Of a stretch of 64,000 bases of DNA, positions 12,830 to 24,060 are shown in pieces. The translations under genes and the position numbers were made by a program. The notes beneath the pieces were generated by a model. It was not told where the DNA came from, searched no databases, and worked only from the letters and a program-made list of their open reading frames with translations. Source of the DNA: Phoronis australis. Its lineage: Eukaryota; Animalia; Phoronida. Each line of letters begins with the position of its first letter. Positions within the stretch are counted from its first letter, which is position 1. Location of the stretch: NCBI GenBank assembly GCA_002633005.1, contig NMRA01000298.1:480255-544254 (forward strand), given 5' to 3'.

Positions 12830-14640
12830 CCCGTGAGGTGCGTCGTTGTTGTGGTGAATGCTAAAATTCGTCGGAAAAGTGTAAAGATCTGTCATCTTTC
12901 TGACTATCTACCTGTATAGACAATAAGCCCCTCATGTGACTCTGGATGATCCGGCGTATTTCAACTTGAGCGCTCACACCAAAATGTGTACTGCTCACTT
13001 TTACCCGGAGGATTTTATCAACTCAGACTCAAAGAAATGAAGACTCAACGGCAAAGCAGTGCCCTTGCGGCTTAAATGGAATGGCAAAGTGGACGAAATC
13101 AAAAAAGAAACCAAAAATCACAATTTTAAGCTTAAACAAGCGAGACAAGAAAACGACGAGGAAACTGATTCAGCATCTGAGAGGGAAGATGACTCACAAC
13201 TGTCGTCTCTTGTTAAGGAAAACGCAGACATACGAGGACGACCTGCCAGTGGTGTTGCCTTGTACTCGCAGATTTTCTGTCGAACATTTGAAAAGTAAAT
13301 GTACAACCGTTGGCAAGAACTTAAATTATTTGATCACTTTACCGCATTCAACTCTCACGTTGATTTCATTCAAACACTTCAATTCATTATGCCAAAATTT
13401 TAATGTAGATAGCAAATTGATCATTTATCGGGACAGTGCCCTTCCAAAAGCCAGTTAGTGACACTGGAAAGCTCTTCGACGAAGGGTCCTCTGAGCCCCT
13501 TAAACAAATGGATGAGGAAAATTATGTCCCTAGTGCAACTCGGCAATCAGCTCAAAAACTGCTAGTTCAGGATGAATTTTTAAAAGTTTTGATGAAACTG
13601 AGAATGGGATTGTCAAACATCGACGTTGATTTCATTTATACTTGAATGCTATTTTGGGAAGTTTGAAAATATGGCTTCACACCAGTGTGGTTTTAAACAA
13701 TGTAAGACAAGATTTTTTGGAAAAGTATCCAAGTAACTTTGCAATTATTATTTTTAACAGTTACCAACTTATTAAGACATATACAAAAATATACTAATAT
13801 AAAATTCAACCCCTAAACCGTTTTGAGCATTATATACGAGCTTTAGATAATATACTCACAATAACAAATGTTATCATTATACAAATGAAAAAGAGAAAAA
13901 CGACATTGGCTTACAACACTTCGATACAACAGCAGATTGTTATAAGCAAATCATGCGACGGATCGAAGCATCTTAAGATCAGTTTCTACACTGACTTTAC
14001 TTGAACCATTGATAAGGATATTGGTTTTGTCTAGCAAACTTCAAAAATCGTTTAGTATAGAGAACACATCAGAGTACCTTTTGATGACCTGAAAGAGTCC
14101 CTCTTGAAATTATTGATATCACCGAGTTACGAATACAGATTCCAGTTCTTTGCAAAAGCATAGCGATAGCTACAGTACATAATTATGTATCACACACAAC
14201 ACTCAATAGTCCCATAGGTGTTGACTCTAATGGAGGTGTTATGTTTGTTTCTCAGTTGACTGTATGAAGGGCCCGTATCCGACAAGCAAGTTGTCAAGAG
14301 GTCTGGTTTACTGCAAACCATTAGAAACAATGTTGGGGAATTGTGAAGAGGCGATGCCATAATGGCAGATAAACGCAATTTAAAAGGGCTGGATATTGCC
14401 TTTATTTTTAAGAAATGGTGGAATATTTAAGTTGGCTTCGAAGAAAATGACGTCATTAAAACAAAAATTTTTGCTTAACACAGAATTGACGTGGAAAGGG
14501 CCATTGGTAAAATTCGACTGAAGGTTTAGACTTTTTCAAAGTGAAATACCAGTTACCCGTATTTGGAAGCATTAATCAGATATAGACTGTGGCCAGTTTA
14601 CTCTCATAGGCTACTTCCAAAACCTAGTGTTGGCGTGAAT
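12830..14640 (+). pseudogene. Decayed THAP + HTH_Tnp_4/DDE_Tnp_4 transposase (PIF/Harbinger-ISL2EU group)
   Basis: Frameshifted and stop-interrupted pieces: HTKMCTAHFYPEDF...RLNGKAVP (THAP), KLLVQDEFLKVLMKLRMGL (HTH_Tnp_4), SQLYEGPVSDKQVVKRSGLL, GDAIMADK and HRIDVERAIGKI (DDE_Tnp_4 motifs). Confidence 0.8.
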
Positions 14641-14659
14641 GAGCAAAATGTCACTGAAA

Positions 14660-14830
14660 TACAGGGTGTTCCAAAAGTCACTACACACTTTTTAAAAATT
14701 GCGAGTTGAAACTTGAAGCGCTCACAGATGAGTGAAGCTAGGTACTTTGCAAATCATTAAAATATGGAATGACAACGACACCAAATGAACTGCAGTGAAT
14801 AGAAGACACTGTTTTTGATTTTTTATATGT
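14660..14830 (+). mobile_element. Tc1/mariner-like terminal fragment
   Basis: TA|CAGGGTGTTCCAAAAGTC is a typical Tc1/mariner terminus; no matching right end found. Confidence 0.4.
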
Positions 14831-16439
14831 ACTTTAAAACTGGAAGCAAAGAGTGTAGTAGAGTAGGAGAGATCACTCCGCCATTTTACCATTCGCCGCA
14901 TTGGTTACCGGTCGAAGCGCCCCAAGCGGTGAATAATCAACAATTAGGAGCGCAGTCCGAACAATGTAAACACTGATAAATTCATACTTTAATGACATTC
15001 AACTTGCAATAAAATTACTGTGTGATTGAAAATGGTTAGAAGACATAAGCTAACATCCACTTGTAATCGAATGAGAAAGAAAATGTGTATTTCAATCAAT
15101 ATTAAAGTGTTTTTATTCTCTTGAAGCTCCCTTCAAAATCCATCATGGTTTTGTTTCATGTTTGAGTTCTTAACAAGGCAATTATCGTTCCTTATGACAG
15201 CTCATACCTCCATGGACTACAAAATTGGAATGATTGCTCCTGGGGGTTCAGAGGGGAATTCCCCCAGGTGTCAGCTAAGGGGGTACCAGGCAAAAACCAG
15301 GTGGGCGCCAAATGGGTGTTCACCCCCTCCCAAGGGGGTTACATGGGAGGAGTGCTAAACGGGTAAAAACCAATGGGGTATGCCACAAGGGATTTGAGCC
15401 CCTCCCATCGTGACACATTTTGGTTGCTCCCCTGACCACTGACAAACATGTTGCTCCCAGCTCACTGCTGGTTTCATCTCCACCCAAAAATTCCCCATGT
15501 GTTCCCTATTCAGTGCACCAGGATACTAGCAATGCGAACAATTGTTTTATGCAGTGGGTGTTACACAATCAAGAAGAAGAAACCAAAGCAATTCATTACT
15601 ACCACAAAATCGTAACATAATTTTAGAACATCCCATTATTTCTTAGACATGCCAGTATAGGGTAAACTCGATTCCACTCTCCCAATATAATCACCAACAG
15701 TTACAAGTCAGTTGCTAACCTGTAGAATAGCTCACAACTTACAAAACGCAGTAACGTTGAGTATATCACTCATAACTAGTCCAAGTTTAAAATGTCATGA
15801 CAAAGAATCAAGGCACTGAACAGCAATCAAAATATTCACTACCCACATAGCTTCATACAAAACTGGATTAAAAAGAGTGACTTGGATGATAAAACCAAAA
15901 TTTAATTTTATATACCCACTGTTCCTATTATCAATAACAGCAAGTATTTCAGGTAAGTTAAAGCCAGACCACCGTATCTGTAACCTAGCCACAACTGGGG
16001 CTTAAATTAATCATAATCTCCAAAAAACGTACAAAATAGCCAACACATACACCAATACAACAAGAAAATGTGACCAACCTTGTCACTCTCTATTAATTCA
16101 CTAGTAAACAACAACACTTTTCGCCAAAGAAATGCGTTATAAATAAAGCTGAAAACTAATTTACTCACAGAGGTGTTTGTCACCGTGAAGTAAAATGATA
16201 CGGATAGCTTGGGTTTAGATTCTGAAAGATCCATCAGTCTCACTTTGGCTCCCTCCAAATCACAGGCTTAACCATTCATAAAATGTTTCAATCTGATCAA
16301 CCTCAGTAAAATAGGAAAACCAGATTTTGACTAATTGTCCTCTCTACAAGTGATGTTCCAGTACTTGCTTTGTGATACGATAATCAGAAATGCAAAAAAG
16401 CCTATTCCAGAGCTGTAATATAATTTCCGGAGAACTTTT

Positions 16440-16700
16440 TGACATCTTCATTTTTGGTGGATTCGGGACATCAAATAGTGCTCGGGCACTCCATTCAATA
16501 CTAGCTTGTTCTTCATTCATCAACATGGACTCCTTGAGGTGATGAGAGCAAAACTTGCAGTTCTTGGACAAGTAGACTGCATCTCCATTCATAAGGTCGG
16601 CTCCCACTAACAGCACTTGCACTTGAACATTTCTGTTCGAGTCTAGCTACGACAGTGCGTTGAGCTCCCATTCAAATGGGAAAGTGCCTCAGATATTCTG
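16440..16700 (-). pseudogene. THAP-domain remnant of a DNA transposon (P/hAT-PRKRIR type)
   Basis: KFCSHHLKESMLMN...WSARALFDVPNPP resembles the THAP C-terminal pattern LCSxHF...AVPTLFDVPNPP. Confidence 0.55.
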
Positions 16701-19700
16701 TCCAGTCTTCTACTACCAGTGAAAGATCTGTAGGGGCCTCATTTTGGTGAACTCTATTGTAAATACCCAGTTCAAATCATGTGACACGCTCGCCGATGTT
16801 GTCTATTAATAAAGTTAGTAAAGTTTTGTGTTAGGATTAATGTCTAAGCTCTCTTTGGGATAATGGGATAACTAAGTAGGTCATTTCAGGTCGTTAATTA
16901 AACACCATAATCACTGGTAAATGTCCAGCTTCGTCCCCAAGCCACAAGATGGCGCACTGTGCTTTAGCCACTTGAGGCTTGGTGAAGAGATATCCCTTCT
17001 GCGCGCTGACGACCTTCAACGCTAACAAGACCTACACAAGAAACCTTCAAACACGTGATTCTTTGAATAGTAAATACCAGTTGTTGAAGATCCTTGTCAT
17101 TAATTATTTGATGTGAAACTAAACAAGATACAAACGCAGATTATAATTGTTTTCACAGGCGTTGCTGCTGCCATTCGTGATTTTAAAGCAAAACACATTG
17201 GTTTGGTTATTGTTTGAAATAAAAGTTGTTCCTGTACGTACATATTTTCGATTGTTTCATTGACGGCACCATAGTAATTATTCGGGTTTTTTAATCAAGT
17301 TATGTTATTTTTGCAATAATCTAGACCTAAATTACCGCATAATTACCGTTAGTTTTTATTTTTTTATTATACACCACATTTCAAAGTTGGTGTAATTTTA
17401 TAGCACTCGTAATATTTCGGCGATTTCCGTAAAAGGGTGTCAGAATTCTCGCAAGAAAATGCCTCCTTACATGACAATTCGGTTGAAATCCCTACGCCCT
17501 CGTTATAGTTCAACTTGGCAGCGTTAAATAGAGAACGATTCAAAATTCTCGACTCTAACTAACTCCTGTATTTAAGTTTTGGTCGGCTGACTACCATAGA
17601 TTGAATCAATTTGAGAATGTATTTTATGTGTGTATTTCTAAATGCATCATGTAACTTTAACAAACAAACATGCTATCATGCAATTCAGTCATGGTTTTCG
17701 TAATACTTAAAAGGTTTTTCAGTTTTTGTGTTAGATTTAGATTTTCAGCATCACCCCTTTTCCACCAAAATATTTTCCTTTTTGTATATATGATTTGAAT
17801 TCGAATTTCAATATACATGTAAGAAGCCAGCAGCCGTAAAAATATGATCCTTAAAATCGAAAATGGCTCCCTGATGGTTTACTCGTCGACGGCAAAAACC
17901 GTCGTCAGTTTATCGCATTTGGCGTTTGTTTGGCGTGAATCTTTTCTGTGAGTAGGAAAATGGTGTTAACGTGTTAACATCCTCTTTATTCACAGCTTGC
18001 TCGCGGTAGCATCCGTTGCAGACGATGGCTTGAAAATCCATTCCGATAAGTTATGTGTGATAAGAATATAACGTTCCTGACCCCGGCCTACTTAGTCACG
18101 TTATTGGATTCGCAATGTGATTGTACATGAACCGGTCAAGCTTTACGTGCTTCTAAACTCGTGTTCGTTTTAATTTCACCCTCGTTTGTTGTTTTGACCC
18201 CGTTTTCGACTACCGGTGAGTGTTGGAATAATTGTGTTACTTGTGTTCTCTTTGCTTGTTTCTGCTCCCCTCTGAGTATTGAAACATTTACTAATTGGTA
18301 TTTCAAATGCCAGAAGGTCTCCGAGAGTAGGACAACTTAAACCCAGTGACTTCGTCACGAAGACTGAAGCGGAACGAACAGAACATATTATCATTTTGCG
18401 GGTTGGTACGGTATGTAAACTTGAATTCATTGACTGACCTGACATACTTATCTAAGACACTGTAGCTACTGTGTAGACTGTTGGGCATGTAACAAATACA
18501 TGTAGCTAGATTGATGTGTTGTTGACGTGCAAGTACCTGTATGTCGGTGTTTTCGGCGGTACTAGGCAATTGCATGTACTAGGCATTAAGCAGTCCGTTA
18601 AGTAACATACCTGGCACAGGTGAGTAGCTATTGTGTCCCATTCCATGTGCTTGATGACCGAGATTTGGTAGTTAACACGCTAACGGAATACCAAATTATT
18701 GATTTGTTCCCTAAAGCGCTCCGCTGCTAAGTCTATCGTTTTTTTGTCTGCTATGGTTTGGAAATTCATTTGGACAATGTTGGCAAGGCTAGCGATAATC
18801 GAATATATTGAAATCGTGACCTTATAGTAAGATCGTAAACTACGGATCAACCTCTACGAGTAGACTTATCTCCGTCGTGAATGTAACGCCATAATGTATT
18901 TCAATTTTATGAGTAATAAATAACATTGCGTCGTACAATAGCGCCCACAAATGCCACTCGACTATTAGTCATGAATTCATTAACTTAACTTGTCACTATA
19001 ATAAATAAATACAAAACATACGAATCCAGGAACACTGACTGCCGTACGCTGTGCCAGACAACCCATTATCCTCTAAGATACAGCTATGTAGGCGCGAGCA
19101 AATTGAGGACCCCACCTCAAAACCATAGCATGGCCCTTCGAAAGCCTTTGGGGCTGGGGTCGCATTTTTAGCCACCCGAGATGTGAAAATTTCTAACAAT
19201 CGCGTGAACTGTGGCTACCGAGGCCAGCTCAAATTATTAGGGGCTCCAGACATTAACCTAAGGCTTTGCTGAGTGCATTGGGCACAATTCCCCTTTCTTT
19301 GGCTCTCCCTATTCTTATGACCCGATATCACTTACGGGATCGGTCTATATAGCTATAAATGTAAACTTGTGGAGGCAGTCTATACCCCCGTGCATGTGGA
19401 GAAGTGTCTCCTTACCTGCGTCCAAGGGTATTCCATGGAGTACTGGTGGATATCCTTGTGTTCGCCTTCAAGGATAAATCCCTGCCAGTGTCTTGGGGTA
19501 TTCCACTATGTCTGAGTTTTATTGCGTGTGCCGACTTACTGTGTTCCTTTAGAATGACAAATGTTTGGCTTCATGTTTGAAATGAAACGAAGTAAGTGTA
19601 CCCGTTTCGTTTAAATACGCTTACAGTGACACGAATACGAATGCTGGGATAAATGGCGACGAACAAATCGTATGATGATGTGCAAATTACAAGTCTTCAG

Positions 19701-20967
19701 TCACACACGTCAATCAACATTGTGTAGAGTGTACCTGATTTCCGGGTGTAACATGTTGTGACATAATGACTATAAGTGCTGAGTTGTGCGATCATATTAC
19801 ATATGCATCAAGGTCGACACATATTGTCTCCCGGGCTACAACATGTGTTAACCCCCCCCCCCCACCCCTAACTTACAAAGCGGGAACATTTGGGATCTCC
19901 GGAAGACATGTTTTACTCCTTCCAACTTTCGGTAACCTCCCTCCCTCAGACAGGATCATAACTTTTAAGATGCGGCGGCCCCCCGCCCCTCCCCCAAAAA
20001 ATTCGGTTTAGTGGGACACAAAGAGAAATGGTTGGGCTAGGAAAGTTGAAATAGTTTGCAAAAATGGTTTCCTGTGATCTTTTTGTCTGCCTGGGTTTCC
20101 TTAGTGCTTTTATGCTACTTTGGTGTGGTTTTCGCCTCACATAGGGTATTTTTCGCGTGTTGTTTCGCGTAAAAATGAAACACGACGCATAAAAACGAAT
20201 ACGAACGACACGCGACACACAAATTCGTGACCATTACCTTCCGAGTATTTTAGTCTCGTGCCGTAAAACTTACGAGCCTTATGCACTGTTTAACTTGTTT
20301 TAACAATTACTTACGTACTTTATGTTCCCGCGATAGGATTGTCATGATTTTTTTCATGTGGTTAATGCAAGTTTAAAATTAAACAATTCACGAGAGCTTA
20401 ATGAATAAAAGGATTGCAATTTATTTTGAGAGTGCGCAATTAATTTTTTCAAAGAGGTATTGATTAAGTCTCTGGTACTATGGACGTATATGGCGCAACG
20501 CAGGTGAGAGCAACTTCACTTATTGAAAAAGGCGTTGTCATTCGATTCTATTTTGCTGTAATCTCATGCGCGTGGTCATGAAAAAACAAAACTTAGTACC
20601 AAGCAGCAGAGCGAAAACATCACGCCATTGACGCCTACTCAAGGATTCGTTTTCTGACAACAGGCATGGTCATTTTTAATAAGGTGTGACTAAACATACT
20701 ACATCAGATTTAATATATCATGAGACTAGCCGCTACCCCTGGTGATGTGGGAAATGCCGAGGGGAAATGGCTACACCTTCAAGTGAACATTGTGTTCGTC
20801 GCAAGAGAAAGGGATATTTCTTGAAGAGACCGTTTAATTTTAAAGCTTCAATCAGAATTTCTGTCAGATTTAGCCAGGGCGTGCGGCTGCGAGATTCTTT
20901 CACCACGCAGTACAAATATGTTTTTTCTTTCCAGAACATTTGACCCTGCCGTAACATACATGTAAAT

Positions 20968-21835
20968 ATAGATTATTACTTGGCGAAGTCGTTACCCCCC
21001 GTTATCTAGAGCCTGAGTGGATTTTGGAGAATTATCGCCCGAGGGTCGCTAGCCCCGAGGGTGATAATTCTACAAAATCCACGAGGGCTCTAGATAAGGA
21101 GGACAACGACTGAGAACATGTAATAATCTATTTATACCACATACTGAACGAGAAACATTGCAATCATGAATCGATCTACCTTTCTCGACTCGCCTCGGCT
21201 TTGTAACTACTTTCTAAGTCAGAGGCCCGGGGTCGGAGGTCGTGATCTTTTAAGAAAAGACGAGATATTTTTGTAAAATAATGCTTTTACTCAAAACCAA
21301 TTGAAAAATAAAAACAAAATAGAAATGAAGTGAATCTATAAATTAAGGTTTAGCAACTATTATAGCTTAATACACATTTTATCACACACAGCTTCGACCG
21401 GGAATATATCGTCTGCTAAAGTACTGTAGGTTACCACTAGCAACTGACTATAATGCTCATGTCAAAAGGATCCCGACCACACGACACCTGCATGCAAATT
21501 GGAGATCGGTCATTTACAAGTGAGAGAACACGAGAGAAAAAAATCACTGAATTAAAATATCGTTTTTATGGAAATTATGCGTCTTATTTTTCATAGCGTA
21601 TAATTGTCGGTGCAATGCCCTTTGCTGAACATGCGATTGTTGCGCGTGCTCATTTAAGTATTCTGTTTTCACGTTCGATGACGTCAGCCGCTGAGTGGTG
21701 TAGTGGTGAAGTCGGCGACTCGCAACTGTTGAGGCTCGGGTTCGAATCCCGCCAAAATGTTATCTCACTAGTGAGATAACTTTATGGGTTATTACATGGT
21801 TGTATCTGCCATTCGAGGCTAATATTGTGGTATAA
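20968..21835. mobile_element. Crypton-like non-autonomous element with a large terminal hairpin, an internal tRNA-like cassette and a perfect palindrome
   Basis: Hairpin of ~165 bp at 20968-21131 (tagattattac...tctagagcc...gtggattttg...cccgaggg-loop-cccgaggg...caaaatccac...ggctctaga...gtaataatcta). Inverted pair ttataccaca (21132) / tgtggtataa (~21826). Perfect 22-bp palindrome at 21759-21780. The Crypton assignment is from recalled architecture, not a search. Confidence 0.5.
21688..21757 (+). pseudogene. tRNA-like sequence (Pol III A/B boxes; CGC anticodon loop), not a functional tRNA
   Basis: A box TGGTGTAGTGG, B box GGTTCGAATCC, loop CT-CGC-AA; anticodon and acceptor stems pair poorly. 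Confidence 0.6.
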
Positions 21836-22959
21836 TGTACGGTAATCAGCTATTCTTTAAAGTGAAAATGTGTAAGGAAGCATTTAAAAATATTGCCATT
21901 GTACACAAAGTACACAATGCATAAAGTCCCATCATAAATATACTCTACATAATAAGGAAAAAAGTTAGGTAGCAGTATGAAGACTATCGTCAATTTACAG
22001 CTAGGCAGTTGTACTTTTTTGAGTTCCGTTAGACACCGAAAGACACAACCCGGGTTACAAAGAAAAGTCTGTCGTCAATTGTGCACGTGCAACGCGCATG
22101 CGCCATTTCCTACTGAAATTTTGCGACATCTCTCGGGAGATGACGACAGTTTCGCAGCAAATTGGGTTTGGTGGTATTAAAATATCAAAAACTCCTTTCG
22201 ATTGTTATGACATGTACGCAACCCCGTGGAAGAGAACAGTTGATTGAAGAATCGGGGAAATTGACCAATACAGTAGGTGACCCAATATATCATGGCGCCG
22301 AAAGCCGACCCAAAAGAGCACAAGACAATTTTAGCAGCAAAATAACGGTAAAACGACAATTTTTTCAAAAAAATTAGTTTACTCAAGGAATAGTTTAGTT
22401 TTTAATGACAGGCCCGAAGAAGTATATACACGACGGAAGCCGGAGGGAGGGAAATTTAGCCGACGGAGTGACGTCACGCAGTGCGAAACTGGCCACCCTC
22501 CCTCCGCGTCCGCGAAAAAACGGCCTGTGAGAAAAAATAGAACACCTCGAATCTAAATGGAGGGCAGGTGCACCACCTGGGTCCAAGGCAGTGAAGAATC
22601 GGGCGCAATTAAGGACTCTAATGGAGGAGGGAGACGGAGTTTGTGTGAACGATGCATTTTATATAATAGCTATAATGCTGAGTCAGTGATGGAGGTCCTT
22701 GATACGCTTAAAAATTGTTGCATCTCAGTGGTCAACGATAAGCAATGAAAGACTAGTGGCCGGTTGCATATATCAGTCTCAAATAGGGACTCAACTTACA
22801 TGTAGGTATTTAAGTCATTTTACGTATTTTTGTCTTTATGTACTAGTAGATGCAATATTTTTCTATCAATTCGTCTTTATTATGATTAACCTTTTTCAAT
22901 AACATAACTAAAAACTGAGCCCTGAGTTTATTGAAAATAAAGAAGGACTCAGCCCTTAA

Positions 22960-24060
22960 ATTGGGGGTGTTGCTTGAAAAGATACCTAATTATTTTTGAT
23001 AATATGGACAATTCAACATAGATGATGACAACGGAAGACGACGACTTTCGGACATATCTGACCACTGGTGTGCCACCTAGTGGCAATTTTATTTTTTTTA
23101 GGTTTACCTCTGTATCTTCGAAGGTTCTCAACGTATTTTTATAAAATTAAGTAAGGTGACGCTATGTTTCCGTTTTCAGATGGATATGACCTAGTTTGCA
23201 CCACCTAGTGGCCACATTTACTGTTTTTAGTCTGTTTTTTTTGGGCGTCCATCCCTCCATCAACCAAACCGCTTTCAGGATAATTGTGAAAATTGGCATG
23301 TACGTTTTTACTATGAAGTGGACAGGTGACGACGATTTTCTGGTGACTTTGGCTACTGTGGCGACTCCTAGTGGCAGCTTCTTTTTTTGCAAGGTTGTAT
23401 CTCTTAAACCGTTTGCAAGAAGTTAACAAGTGTGTTTACATGATGTTGACAACGGATGATGGCGATTTTCTAATTGATCTAACTACTGGTGTGCCCCTGG
23501 TGGCAATTTTAATCTTACGTTTACCTCTGTATCTTCAAAGGTCCTCAACGGATTTTCATAAACTTTTGAATACGTGCATTTATTGGAAAGATGACGGTAT
23601 CCTCCCGGTTTCGGATGGAATCGATGTATTTTACTGTTTTTGAGTCTGTTTTTTACGTCTATCCCTCTATCAACCAAATCATTCTGAGGATGGTTTTGAA
23701 AATTGGCGTCTATGTTCTAAATCTGAAGAGGACGGTTGACGATGACAACTTTGACTACTGTGGCGCCTCCTAGTGGCAGTTTTGTTTTGTTTTGTTTTGC
23801 GCCCATAGCTGTATCTCCTACACTCACTGCAGGATCTTTATTAAATTTAATTAGTAAGTGTATTTATATGAAGTTAACAACAGACAATGACGACTTTCAG
23901 GCGGATTCAATGAACAATGTGCCCCCTAGTGGCAATTTCATTTTATTCTGTTTTCCTTTGTTTCTCTGAAGTTCCGTGACGGATTTCTATGAAATTTAGT
24001 GTATATCTTTCTATTAAAGACGCAATAACATGTTCCTGTTTTCGGATGAATTGTACATTT
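22960..24060. repeat. Degenerate tandem repeat region (~130-160 bp units), each unit carrying a CTCF-like motif
   Basis: Recurring gacgac(g)a(c/t)tttc ... CC(A/C)CCTAGTGGCA ... tttt ... ctgtatct blocks; motifs at 23071, 23199, 23362, 23491, 23764 and 23920. Confidence 0.7.

Noticed and set aside
19251-19262. TAACCTAA as a telomerase RNA template
   Set aside because: It would template TTAGG rather than TTAGGG, and no H/ACA or pseudoknot context was recognised.
18882-19764. Solo LTR (TGT...ACA ends)
   Set aside because: Several candidate ends but no convincing 4-6 bp TSD, PBS or PPT.
21688-21757. Functional tRNA-Ala(CGC) gene
   Set aside because: Acceptor and anticodon stems do not pair adequately; treated as tRNA-derived.
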